IMG/VR virus record: IMGVR_UViG_3300007760_001422
Span: 32,001 to 96,000 of that record
Strand: one strand, 5' to 3'
DNA length: 64,000 bases
Source: a virus
Below are positions 18,120 to 28,700 of the stretch, piece after piece. The notes under the pieces are model-generated. The model had not been told where the DNA came from, made no database searches, and was given only the letters and a program-made list of their open reading frames with translations. A program made the position numbers and the translations under genes. Each line of letters starts with the position of its first letter. Positions within the stretch are counted from its first letter, which is position 1.

Positions 18120-18148
18120 ATTCTAGTATACATTATAACACATGTCAA
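18120..18148 (-). promoter_or_regulatory. Sigma70-type promoter TTGACA-N17-TAGAAT
   Basis: Perfect -35 at 18148-18143, 17-nt spacer, -10 at 18125-18120, all within a 38-nt intergenic gap. Confidence 0.75.
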
Positions 18149-18149
18149 G

Positions 18150-19079
18150 CTAAATTTGCATTATTTCATGCATCATGAGAGAGCCGGCATTAAATAAGAC
18201 CGCCTCTTGTTTTCTCCTTTCAAATTCTCCCCTCGCCATAGAGCCCACATCTTCTTGGCCCGAAGTGTCAATTTTATATATTTCAATTCCATATTGAAGC
18301 ATTGTTTTTATTATTCTAAGTGCCTTTTTCTCCGCATCTTCATCGAGCGCAATGTATATTTTAGAACAATTATTAATTATTTTCGAAAATAAATTGGAAT
18401 TATCTCTTATGGTGGAGCCTAGAAGGGGAAGAGCGTTGCCTGCAACAACCGCATCAAATATGCCCTCCACGATAATTATATCCTGTTTCCAGTCAATGTA
18501 TAACTCGTTAAAGACTATATCTTTTGATGCAGGGGGGTTTTTGTATTTTGGCCATTCATTGGCATAATTGCGAGCAATATAATAATTACAGCGACCATCA
18601 ATATTAAATGATGGAAAAATAATTCTATTTTTATATTCCCCCTCGTGACAATATCCTATTTTCCATTTTAAGATATCTTCTTTAAAAATGTTGCGTTCCT
18701 TGAGATACGAGAGTGCGGTGTTTGCAGAGGGGGGCAATTTCTTGTTGCCCAAAAAAATAAAACCTTCCGGCAATTCTAGCCACTGTGGTTGTTCTGTTTC
18801 TTTTTGGCTTGAAAAAATATTGTCAAACTCTGATATATCAACCGTATTAGAAAGCTTTCTCCACTCTGCCTTCTGCGAATACGTACCGTATCTATTGACT
18901 ATTTTTCTAACATTGCCGTGTGAATCACAGACCCAACACTTATATGCATTGATGTCTAAATTTATACTTAATTTTCTTTTGTGGTGATTGCAGTATGGAC
19001 AAAAGAAAAGGTGTTCTCCGCCTGAAAAATAATAGCTCCCTAGAACACCTTTGATTATTGCTAACTTTTCTTTTTCCAA
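18150..19079 (-). CDS. DNA primase (zinc-binding plus TOPRIM)
   Basis: CPYC...CWVC zinc finger, YLKERNI, RIIFP, KYKNP, IVEGIFD and ALDEDA motifs. Confidence 0.9.
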   Translation of the reverse strand: MEKEKLAIIKGVLGSYYFSGGEHLFFCPYCNHHKRKLSINLDINAYKCWVCDSHGNVRKIVNRYGTYSQKAEWRKLSNTVDISEFDNIFSSQKETEQPQWLELPEGFIFLGNKKLPPSANTALSYLKERNIFKEDILKWKIGYCHEGEYKNRIIFPSFNIDGRCNYYIARNYANEWPKYKNPPASKDIVFNELYIDWKQDIIIVEGIFDAVVAGNALPLLGSTIRDNSNLFSKIINNCSKIYIALDEDAEKKALRIIKTMLQYGIEIYKIDTSGQEDVGSMARGEFERRKQEAVLFNAGSLMMHEIMQI

Positions 19080-19585
19080 AGTTTTAAACCTGCTTTGGCA
19101 ATTACAACACTATCTGCCATATCATATGAGCCCTTTACAGGGTTTCCGTATTTTGTATATGATATACTAAAGTCTTCCTCGTTGTCAAGCAAATATTTTA
19201 AAACAATCTCTTTCGATTTTTCACCACGCTTAATGTGAATCCCGCATGCCTTTCTTGCAGTGGACGCACGAAGCTGACTAGGGCCAGCATTAAAAGTCTC
19301 TTTACATATCCACGACACGGCTCCATTAAACCTTTGCAGCTTCGATATGGTTTGGGCCGAGCTAAACCCCGACTTAAATCCCATCAAGGGCTCCTCAATA
19401 AAAACAGCCTTTATTTTAAAGAGTTCTTTGATTGAGCGCAGTCTTTTTTTTATGATATATAATTTATCATAAAATGAAGAATTTGGTCTATCGGTTCTCC
19501 AAGCCTCACAAAAAATAAGTTTTCCCTCATCGTTGATCACGGACGCACCGGTGATCGATGTTGAAACATCAAGTCCTAAAATCAT
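19061..19585 (-). CDS. ruvC: RuvC-like Holliday junction resolvase
   Basis: MILGLDVSTSITG, FIEEP and DMADS acidic catalytic motifs. Confidence 0.85.
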   Translation of the reverse strand: MILGLDVSTSITGASVINDEGKLIFCEAWRTDRPNSSFYDKLYIIKKRLRSIKELFKIKAVFIEEPLMGFKSGFSSAQTISKLQRFNGAVSWICKETFNAGPSQLRASTARKACGIHIKRGEKSKEIVLKYLLDNEEDFSISYTKYGNPVKGSYDMADSVVIAKAGLKLWKKKS

Positions 19586-19586
19586 T

Positions 19587-20783
19587 TTATATATCCAATT
19601 TTATTTTAAAAGTATATTCGTCTTTTTCTCTTTTTCTTACTGGCGTGGCTACCTTTGCGATTCCAATCAAGTTTCTATTTTTATCATACACGCCAATCTT
19701 GCTTATAAAAACTTGCTTTTCAAAACTAGCCGAATAGTTATAAAAAGAACTGCTAATTGTGTTTTTAATTGCAGCCTTTTTTTCCTCCACAAACAAAGCA
19801 GAACTGGTTATTGCACCTGTCATGTGTCCATATTTAACATATGTGGGGTTGTTAGAGTGGTTTAGCTTCGCGCTTGGGGCGTGAGCCAGCATTGTTAACG
19901 TATGAGCATAAGAAGTGCCGCTGAAGGCCATGTGGAAGCTGGCGCTGGGTGCTGCTATGTTGCCCGACATAGATTGTCCAAAATATATCCACTTTGGCTC
20001 ATCATATACGGGCGTTGCTGGTGCAGATGGATTTAAATAATACCAATCTTGATTTGATCCGCCCCACGCGTCGGTTGTTGCTGACTCCCGTGACAGCCTC
20101 CAGCTTCCTGTCAAAAGAATGAAACCTTCATTATACAATACAACTCCGGCAACTGAGCCGGTACTAGTACCAGAAACCTCTATAAGTGTACCATCTCGAT
20201 TTTTATCTCTTAATTCACCGACTAGTGTTCCTGTTATATAATATTTTAGACTAACAGAGCCCTTCTTAATATTTGTTCCGTAAAATATAGATGGTATACT
20301 CACCAAGCCAACATCTTGTTGATCCTTGTCGCCGGTAATAGACGAAGAGTATATGTAATGACTGTTTAGTGGGGTATAGTAATTTAAAGTATTTTTTAAG
20401 GCGCTCAACTCTGTGCGCGTAGTGTTTAAAGCGGTGGAAAAGTATAATTTAGACACACTAGCAGACAAAGGAAAACTAGCAGACATCACATCGCCATAGT
20501 TGCTAGTGTTAAAAGCCGTTGTTGAAACCGTTTTAAACGCCTCTAGGGCGCCGTCCTTTGTTACAAACGGGTATATTAAATTATCTGTCTCTCTATTGAT
20601 GTTTAATTCATACAAACTTACATGCCCGTCTTCGGTGTGCAATATATTATCAACATGTGTGCCGCTTATATTTTGTGCATTATTATAGTATGTCGAGCCA
20701 CTGTAAATAAAGAATTCGCACTTTGGATACATCTTTATTCTACTAGAATATATATCGTTATTTAAAAACTTGTAATAAGGCAT
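19587..20783 (-). CDS. Virion structural protein (baseplate/fibre attachment)
   Basis: C-terminal ISKIGVYDKNRNLIGIAKV...KIKLDI is paralogous to the neighbouring gene; rich in S/T-G/A/S-S/T triplets. Confidence 0.75.
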   Translation of the reverse strand: MPYYKFLNNDIYSSRIKMYPKCEFFIYSGSTYYNNAQNISGTHVDNILHTEDGHVSLYELNINRETDNLIYPFVTKDGALEAFKTVSTTAFNTSNYGDVMSASFPLSASVSKLYFSTALNTTRTELSALKNTLNYYTPLNSHYIYSSSITGDKDQQDVGLVSIPSIFYGTNIKKGSVSLKYYITGTLVGELRDKNRDGTLIEVSGTSTGSVAGVVLYNEGFILLTGSWRLSRESATTDAWGGSNQDWYYLNPSAPATPVYDEPKWIYFGQSMSGNIAAPSASFHMAFSGTSYAHTLTMLAHAPSAKLNHSNNPTYVKYGHMTGAITSSALFVEEKKAAIKNTISSSFYNYSASFEKQVFISKIGVYDKNRNLIGIAKVATPVRKREKDEYTFKIKLDI

Positions 20784-20790
20784 TATACCA

Positions 20791-20798
20791 TAAATAGT
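20791..20798 (-). promoter_or_regulatory. Candidate late promoter motif ACTATTTA
   Basis: Intergenic, 7 nt before the ATG at 20783; no clear SD. Confidence 0.55.
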
Positions 20799-20806
20799 AT
20801 TTGAAG

Positions 20807-21946
20807 TTAATAATCTAATCTAACTCTTAGAGTAAATTCGGTTGTTGGATCCTTCTTCAGCGGCTCGGATAATTTTGCCACCGCTAGTAAATCATTATCT
20901 GCTGAATACAATCCTATTGTCGTAACATAACTTACCGGACTATCAGAGCTTTTGTTTTTAACCTGCATCTTGCTGCTGGAAAGATAAGTTGGATTTGAGC
21001 TATAGTTGTAATCGTTGTGGTTCACTCGACAGAAATAAATCGATGAATTTAGCTCTGTTGTATTATTAAACTGCACACTGTGCAACATATTTCTAACTCC
21101 ATCGCACGAGGAAGAAATGGCCGAGGCGGACAGGACTGCTGCAATTGAACCCGTGTCGTATGTTGCGCCCGGGGCCCCGAAAGGCGAAGTCGACAGCATT
21201 TGAGTTGCGTGAGCGCCGTTCAATCCAATCCATGTGCTTCCGGAGTGGAAAGCAGAAGCAGTAACCACTGCCACGCCAGCCTGATAAAATATCAAACCAC
21301 GTCGATCAACAGTTTTAGTTGCCGCTGTTCTTTGTCGTGCATCAACATCTGCATATAGAATGCCATATTCGCCAGCGGGGGAATTTGTTCTATAATCATT
21401 TGTCGCATTATAATCTTCAAGAATGGTCTTTTGTTCCCAGTTGCTACCACTAATTTCGGGACATGCGGCGCCGCCGGCTGTTGTTTGTGAGTGCGATAAC
21501 AAAGTTAATACAAAAGAGCCCTTCTTAATTTCGTCTTTGTGTAGCAGTCTGGAAAAGTTTATAAACACTACCTCATTCATTACGGTGCCGCCAGTAAGAT
21601 CACCGTCCTCATCAAAGAGCCTAATGTTTCCATCTTCATCATGACCCATCAACAATTGGGCCATCTGATTATATATGTTAATTTTTTTGGCATTGTCCGT
21701 ATTGGCAGAACTAGACAACTTCGAACCAGTAGAATATCCGACAGCGAGATCAAAAATATGATTTGCCGAAGAACTTAAATAAGGGTAATCATATACACTT
21801 TGAAACATGCCGTGTGCATAATTTTTTACATTTTCATTATTATATGTTCCGGAAACGATTGTGCCCGTTATTGGGATGGCTTCGTGAAGCAATGTTCTTG
21901 TTGTTGTTCTGTCATTGTCTAAAAATGCTTTAAATGATGTTGCCAT
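20807..21946 (-). CDS. Virion structural protein (baseplate/fibre attachment)
   Basis: YFCRV...NYSSNPTY...YVTTIGLYSADNDLLAVAKLSEPLKK...RVRLDY; paralogue of 19587..20783. Confidence 0.78.
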   Translation of the reverse strand: MATSFKAFLDNDRTTTRTLLHEAIPITGTIVSGTYNNENVKNYAHGMFQSVYDYPYLSSSANHIFDLAVGYSTGSKLSSSANTDNAKKINIYNQMAQLLMGHDEDGNIRLFDEDGDLTGGTVMNEVVFINFSRLLHKDEIKKGSFVLTLLSHSQTTAGGAACPEISGSNWEQKTILEDYNATNDYRTNSPAGEYGILYADVDARQRTAATKTVDRRGLIFYQAGVAVVTASAFHSGSTWIGLNGAHATQMLSTSPFGAPGATYDTGSIAAVLSASAISSSCDGVRNMLHSVQFNNTTELNSSIYFCRVNHNDYNYSSNPTYLSSSKMQVKNKSSDSPVSYVTTIGLYSADNDLLAVAKLSEPLKKDPTTEFTLRVRLDY

Positions 21947-21949
21947 GTT

Positions 21950-22885
21950 TTATACCTTCTTTATGAATCTAACTGGTAGATCTATTCTATATCCTGTTGT
22001 GGCGCCAGTAATTCTTATCGTTGAATCAATAGCATTCATTGCGTCACTGCTAGGGCTTACCGTTACCGTGTTGGTGAGTCCTATTTGTTCGAATAAAAAC
22101 GTGCTAGTGTTCAATTCGATGGACGCCTTAATTTTAAACTGAAGCCTTGTGCCACGTGGCCCAGTGATGACTTCATTTTTGGCCTTTTGATCTCCGGTGC
22201 CACCAATTATTTTTTTCTTTTCGGGCCACGTATCCAAGACCAAATCGGTATTAACCCCGAGAGAGACAAAGTAGCTGGCTATTTGGTCGTCATCGATATA
22301 TGAAACTGCCTGTGGTGCGCCGGCAAGGTTTGTTAATTGGCCTAGCCGATTGTCCATTTCAATAATGTATTGCCTTTCTACCAAATCTGCATCTAGGTCA
22401 AACTTTGCCGAGATGTCTCCTGTGTGCAGGCCTTGATCAATCGTGATGCCGGCATCAAACGCAGCAGGGTTCGCACCAAATATGATTCCGTTGCTAGAGT
22501 TGGCATCGCTTAAACTGTTCTCTGTGTCGTCGTCGACGGCAATTACATATGGGCCAGAGCTGTGTTGTGCGCTTTGGTGATTCGCATTTATCTTCATGAT
22601 TGGCAAATATAATAAATTGGTTCTAGGGATTGAAATCAACTTTGATTTCATGACACTAGTGTTGTTTGTTAGTGCCTCTATAATCGGTGTTTGTAAAATT
22701 TCTAAATCATAATAAGCGCTACCGGAAGCGTGTCCCTTATTATAGCTTCCGTAATTAATTTCATCATCGGCTAGCGCAAATTTTACAATTTTAAAAGAGC
22801 CGTCGCCCCGAGATAGCCTCTGTCTTCCTGAATCTGTTAAAACGGCGTCTAAAATAATATCACCAGAGTTGTCTAAAAATGCCAT
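21950..22885 (-). CDS. Virion structural protein
   Basis: MAFLDNSGDIILDAVLTDSGRQRLSRG...KFALADDEINY resembles the N-terminus of tail-collar fibre domains; AAGGAG SD. Confidence 0.75.
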   Translation of the reverse strand: MAFLDNSGDIILDAVLTDSGRQRLSRGDGSFKIVKFALADDEINYGSYNKGHASGSAYYDLEILQTPIIEALTNNTSVMKSKLISIPRTNLLYLPIMKINANHQSAQHSSGPYVIAVDDDTENSLSDANSSNGIIFGANPAAFDAGITIDQGLHTGDISAKFDLDADLVERQYIIEMDNRLGQLTNLAGAPQAVSYIDDDQIASYFVSLGVNTDLVLDTWPEKKKIIGGTGDQKAKNEVITGPRGTRLQFKIKASIELNTSTFLFEQIGLTNTVTVSPSSDAMNAIDSTIRITGATTGYRIDLPVRFIKKV

Positions 22886-22905
22886 TGTTTAGCTCCTTTT
22901 CCTTA

Positions 22906-22913
22906 TAATTAGT
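22906..22913 (-). promoter_or_regulatory. Candidate late promoter motif ACTAATTA
   Basis: Intergenic, 20 nt before the ATG at 22885. Confidence 0.55.
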
Positions 22914-22941
22914 ATCAAATTTTTCTTTTTTATTGTTTTTA

Positions 22942-25737
22942 TTATATCAAAACCTCTAGGTCTTGTTTAAACTCAAAATATACATTAATTTGTTTGCCGG
23001 TTTTTTTAGATCTTATAATCATTTTATACTGTTTATTCCACATCTTCTTTTCTAAATGACCTAATATGACTTCTGATTTTTCGCCATCTTCCGCATCGAT
23101 AACCTGCTCTACCAACTGTTGTGCAATGGCCGGCTTAATTTGTATATATTTTCTCACTTTTCTTCCACCAGTCTCAAGTTTGACTATCTCTGGCTCAAAA
23201 TCAACTTGTGTAACCTCTATATAGGCCGCGCGGCCGGGTTTTCCGGAACGGACAGTGGCCGGCGCTTCTTCGGGACTGTTATCGACTAACTCAACTCTAT
23301 AGACGGGAGATGGGTTTGATATATATCCGTGCCTATCAATTGTTCTAAATGTATAATAATATTTTTTATTGGATTTTTTAATTTTTTCTATAAAACTATC
23401 TTTTTCAACTAATCTCGCAGTTCCTTTGAAATCTTTATAGCTTGTAGGCTTTTTATCAATTTTAAATACTTGAAATTTTTGTGAAAAATCATCTGACCTA
23501 AAAAGCATTTTTTCTGGTGATGAACCATACATCCCTGCATTTTCGCCCCAGCCCTGACTTTTAAAAACTTTATCAAATATTGCTTCGTCGCTATCTTCAA
23601 TCATTATTGGTTTGGCTTTTATTTCTCCCACCGTATCATTAAGGGCGATTACAAACTTGTTTTTTACTGCCCTGTAAGGAATAATCGTTACTTCTGGCGG
23701 CAATGGCGGGTTGTCGATTATTGTCACATCATCTAAACTGGAGTCTTGAAATGGCGCCTCAACAATGGCCGGATATAATTTATAATACATAGTGGCATAT
23801 GCAACACCAGCAGTAGCGACAGTTTTCGAGTCGCCGGCTTTGCCATGAATTGAGGTTGAGGAGCATGCAGGGCTGGTGACAACTTCCTTGGCTTCGTATT
23901 CCGTTGGTTGCCATGGCGTTCCCGGGCCGCCTAAATTAGCATAATAATATTCAGTACCCAGAACAAGATTATACGTTTTTATTTCATAAGAATAAGTCTT
24001 ATCATATACCACTTGAGTATCACAATAATTTACTATATTTAATTCCTTAAAATTGGGCACCCATATGTTTTGTAATATATTTCCAAATTCATCTTTTTTT
24101 ACTATTTTATAAAACAATATTTCTGAATGTGCGGGCTGTTCGGTGAGAAAATCTTCCGCGGCCCTCTTGTGTTTTGTATATAGAGATTGCAATTTTGAAC
24201 GGAGTATCATAGCGCCAAAGATCATAGAAAACTTACTAATTTCATTTGCATCTTTTTTTGGAACGGCCTTGGGATAGGTCTCGGATGGTTTTAAAAACGT
24301 CGCCTTCCCGTCAATAAAGTTTGCATTTTCATAAAAAGCTGTTTTTCCATGATCTTCGGCAAGAAGTCCCGGGAGGTATTGTGAGCCGAGCCAGTCGCGC
24401 AAGTCCCAAACTTTATACGGGGCTGCAGTTACTGTATCTGTTTGTATTGTTTCTTCGGTGTCGCTGTCAAGCCCCATGGTGAGTGCGGTAACAGACACAT
24501 TGTCATGTTTATTAAAGTGCACTTCTGTTTGGTTTTCTATGAGTTCTTGACCGACCCAAACAACGCCACCGCCGGTACCGTAAGTCCATGTTCGATACCC
24601 ATTTATTAAAAAATTGGCTAAATATTTTGTAGTGCCTGTTTGTTTCACCGTTTCCATAAAATCTGACTCCTGTTCGGTGGAGAATTCGATATCGACATAG
24701 AAAGGGAAATGTTTCTTTTCATCCGGAGGGCCCTTAAGAAGACTCACGCTATCAGTAAAAATAATGTTTTCTTTTGTTTGCAGCGGAAAAGTGTCAGTCG
24801 GACTGCTAGTATAGTTAGGCTTTGGTTCAACATAAAGATGCATATGGGCGTAATTTACATAAGAGGTTCGAAGTTTGTAACCAAATAAATTCAATGCACT
24901 TGGAAAATTTTCTGATTGTCTAAGGGCGTACTGCCCCGATGGGGTGAGCGAAGTCCCGTATGTGGCTCTAACGTAGTCTAAATTTTCTCTATCGTGCAGC
25001 ATCATATATATGTTGGGCATGTTGCGCTCCGAATTGGAGTACTTCTTTAACATTAAAGACCCATTTTCATATTCATTATGATAATGTTGATACACAACAT
25101 TTAATTTTACATACTCGTGTTTTACATTGGAGCCGATCTGTTTATAAGAAAATGGAGAATCATAGTCAAATTTTAAATCAACAAGGGTTTGTGGAAATAC
25201 TGGTATTATAGGATCGCCGTTTTTATTTTTAAAGGCGTTTCCCCACTTTATTTTATCAAAAGCTTTTTCGACGCCAAACGAGTTTTTGAATACAGCATCT
25301 GGATCGGAGGTCCCAACAATAAACCCTCCGCCGGGTTGGGCCTGACTTTTATATTCGTCTTTGATATATTCAGCAGGCTCTTTGGACTGAAAAAATAACA
25401 CTGCTTTGTTCGAGTCCGCCCAGTTAGCTGGTACTTTATCCTTATCTGGATCGGGAGTCAACAAATCGGCTGCCGCGGATCCCCAGCCGGCATGCGGTAC
25501 CGCAATATAGGATTTATAATCATAGGCTCGATCTCGTACGTGTACAGAAAAAAACGGATTCTTTGGGTTATCAAGCACCCTAGCATATTTTGTTCCTGCG
25601 TACGCTTTTTCGAATTCTAGAATATCGGTCTTAATCATGGGTCCGTAAAAGGCTGTTTTGCCGGAACTGGGTTCTTCTGATAGTCTATCACCGACACTAT
25701 TTTTTACTAAAGATTTATTGCTAACGCCTTTTGCCAT
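22942..25737 (-). CDS. Large virion protein with Ig/FN3-like C-terminal region
   Basis: 931 aa; DTQVVYDKTYSYEI and KKYYYTFRTIDRHGYISNPS resemble FN3 strands; within the tail block. Confidence 0.65.
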   Translation of the reverse strand: MAKGVSNKSLVKNSVGDRLSEEPSSGKTAFYGPMIKTDILEFEKAYAGTKYARVLDNPKNPFFSVHVRDRAYDYKSYIAVPHAGWGSAAADLLTPDPDKDKVPANWADSNKAVLFFQSKEPAEYIKDEYKSQAQPGGGFIVGTSDPDAVFKNSFGVEKAFDKIKWGNAFKNKNGDPIIPVFPQTLVDLKFDYDSPFSYKQIGSNVKHEYVKLNVVYQHYHNEYENGSLMLKKYSNSERNMPNIYMMLHDRENLDYVRATYGTSLTPSGQYALRQSENFPSALNLFGYKLRTSYVNYAHMHLYVEPKPNYTSSPTDTFPLQTKENIIFTDSVSLLKGPPDEKKHFPFYVDIEFSTEQESDFMETVKQTGTTKYLANFLINGYRTWTYGTGGGVVWVGQELIENQTEVHFNKHDNVSVTALTMGLDSDTEETIQTDTVTAAPYKVWDLRDWLGSQYLPGLLAEDHGKTAFYENANFIDGKATFLKPSETYPKAVPKKDANEISKFSMIFGAMILRSKLQSLYTKHKRAAEDFLTEQPAHSEILFYKIVKKDEFGNILQNIWVPNFKELNIVNYCDTQVVYDKTYSYEIKTYNLVLGTEYYYANLGGPGTPWQPTEYEAKEVVTSPACSSTSIHGKAGDSKTVATAGVAYATMYYKLYPAIVEAPFQDSSLDDVTIIDNPPLPPEVTIIPYRAVKNKFVIALNDTVGEIKAKPIMIEDSDEAIFDKVFKSQGWGENAGMYGSSPEKMLFRSDDFSQKFQVFKIDKKPTSYKDFKGTARLVEKDSFIEKIKKSNKKYYYTFRTIDRHGYISNPSPVYRVELVDNSPEEAPATVRSGKPGRAAYIEVTQVDFEPEIVKLETGGRKVRKYIQIKPAIAQQLVEQVIDAEDGEKSEVILGHLEKKMWNKQYKMIIRSKKTGKQINVYFEFKQDLEVLI

Positions 25738-28700
25738 TATTCATACCCTCCAGTGCCCATCGTGCCCTTATCGGATTTGCCGCCGGCCTCTTCGAATGTT
25801 TGTTCCGTTCCTGTTTGCTGATTTTTAGCAGCAGCTGCCTCTACTGCCTTTAAATAGCCCAATTGAGCCTTTAAATCAATCTCAAATGCTTGTATTATGG
25901 CATCAGACTTTGACTCCAATTCTTTTTTAACGGCGGCTTGCGCAGATTCTGATGTCGACGGTTCAATTATAAAATATTCATCAATCGTGGGTAGCTCCAT
26001 CTTTTTAGATGGGCGTATTCTTAATTCACTGTGATAATATGGTTTCAGGCGACAAATAAGAGTTTTAGCTCCTTCTTTGTCACTCCAATCCTCACTTTCT
26101 TTAAGGGTGCGCCAGTTTGGCCTATTTAATAAAAGTTCGCCAGTACTTGATTTATCAAATCCTTGAAGCACCTGCACCTCCATTAGTTTCATATAGTTGA
26201 TATAAAAGGCGCCGGCCAGATCATAGCCGGCCATCGGATCTGTTAATGATTCGACATGTGGTTGGTTCCCGAGCGCAGCCGTACCAAGAGAGCCCTCTGG
26301 GGATGCCTCGAATAATTTAGCCTTAAACCAATCATGAACTACCGCGGTGGGCGACACAGAATTCACCAAAAACGATTTAAGTTGCAAGGGCAAGCTAGCT
26401 ATATCTTTTTCGCTCATATGATGAAGAAAATGATTAGTGGAATTGATGTCAAAATTATGCACAGTCATGTTGTGCGGCGACCGTGGAATTTTTTCCTTTT
26501 TCTTGATTCCAGCTAGGTTCTCATGTTCGTAACCAAATATCTGATTTTTCAGCAGGTGTCGATATAAAGGAATGGTGGAAGCCATGGCTTCTTCCTCTAA
26601 TCGGTCCTTTCCTTCGTTTGCAAACCGCTCTTTCCGAAAACTTCCGGAAATGAATAACGAGCCACTTCCCATCACCGTCTCTGCGTCGACAAAAATAGAT
26701 TTCATATTTTCCATATTTTTAGTTGTAACTCGCAACGGGCGCGCCGTAATATTTGACATTTCTGCAAATAAGGGAGTTAGTTGGGAACTTAATACTTGTT
26801 CTTGAGTGTTCATAGAGGAATGAGGGTTAATTTTTATTTTTAACAATGGTACTTGCGGAGAGCGGCGAAGAGAATTAAATCTTACAATTTTTGCAATTAT
26901 TTCTCGCTGCTTTGGATCCAGAAATAATTGGTCGCCTTTTTCTAAAAAGGAGACATACCCATCATCTTCTTTTCCTCCGGGCGTGCCGTTGTGTATCTCG
27001 CTCTCTGTAAAAGATCTAACACTAACACTAGATGGAGACAAGTAAGAAAACAAATTTTTCCTTAAAAAATCTTCCTCAAATATAGACTGTAATTTAAGTT
27101 GCTTTATTTTAGCAGCACTAATAGTAGAATCTTGTTCTAATTGGCCACTTTTATTTATTTGAAAATATTTTTCAAACTCCTTCATTGTCCGGTTGATGTA
27201 TCCCTTTGTAGTATAGCGAGGCATTTTTCGCAGGCCACTGCCCCAAGATGCTTTTTCTATTGGGCCGTGAGCGTTCAAGTACTCATACCCCACTCCCCTA
27301 GGGACACTGGCGTCAAAAACGGACGAGAACCACTTCTCGAATTTGATATTTCTTTTAGCTGCCTTATTTTGTTTAGAAGAGTTGGTCTTTTCATCCCTGC
27401 TATATGTTGTTAATCTGGTTATTGATTTACCCATGGTTGTTTCTACTTTTCTTATTAAGTCACTTATCAGATCAATAACTATTTTAATTCCTTCCGGGCT
27501 TCCTGTTCTTGGGTGTATCAATATTTGAAAGTACGGTATATACGCTTTAAAAAAGTTCATTGATTTTGTAGACAGCGCATCAAAGATTTCTACATAATCT
27601 TTTAAAGCATTGTTTCTTATTTGGCGATTCTCTGGCTCTTCCCACCTACTAATAAACGCATTAGAAAATTTTCCCGTGGTGCTATCGTAGTTGCCCATCA
27701 CACTAGAGGCCTGAAGTTTTCCCGAAGGATCAAGCACGTGCTGCTGAAAGGATTGCCTTGAGGCCTCGTGAAGATACGCCTCAAGGCTCGTGACAGCTGA
27801 CTCTAGCTTTTTTATCTTTGATTGTATATAGACCACCGTATTATCGATCAACTCTACCTCGACCTTGTACTGGTATTGGCCAGTGTGTTTCGGAAATTGA
27901 CCTTGGCCGGCCTTCATGTCTTTTGTCTTTCCCAGATCCCAGTCACTAAAACTGTAAAATCTCAATGACTCTTCTGGTTCCAAAGTTTTCTCGGTTACGG
28001 TTGTTGTTATCTCGTTTCCTTCTGTGGCCTTCACTTCGCCGGTCTCGGGATCGATTTCGGCCTGATCATCGGTGACAAATTTGGTTTCCTCTTTTGTGAC
28101 ATAAGTTACCGTACCTAGACCCGTTAGTTCAACGCGCTCCATTAAGCCGGTCCAGCCTCCGCCGGTGACATCGCCTACTTTTGTCGCCTTTACACTTCCA
28201 AACTGGTCTTTTACATAGTGTCCAAACTTCAAATCTTCATCTTCTACTTGAACTATAAGAAGTGGATTTTCATTATTATATGAAACATGGCCAGTTATAT
28301 TTCCCCCAAGCTTATTAATTGAATTGATTTCTTTTACCCTTCTTCTTTTGATAGAAAGTTTTTTAATACTAGCAAGACTAAGCAGTTCCGACGCAATTGT
28401 TGGGTTTTTATAAAGGCCGGGGAAGGCAGAATTTTCCTCCAACACTCGCTGAAAATGTATACCAAACAACCCACTGCATTGGCCAAAGCGGCCCCTTGAC
28501 ATAAAAAGCTCCGTAGTTAAACTGTTTTTAAAAGATATATCTTTAATGTCTGCATAAAACTGCAAGTTTTTGCTTTTATTTACAAATTCATTTTTTATAA
28601 AAGTGCTGGCAAAATCCTTTGCTATGTTGTTCACTGCTTTCGTCAGTCGGAAATCTTGAATATTAATATTATTTTCAACACTCCTTGTGAGATACTTAAC

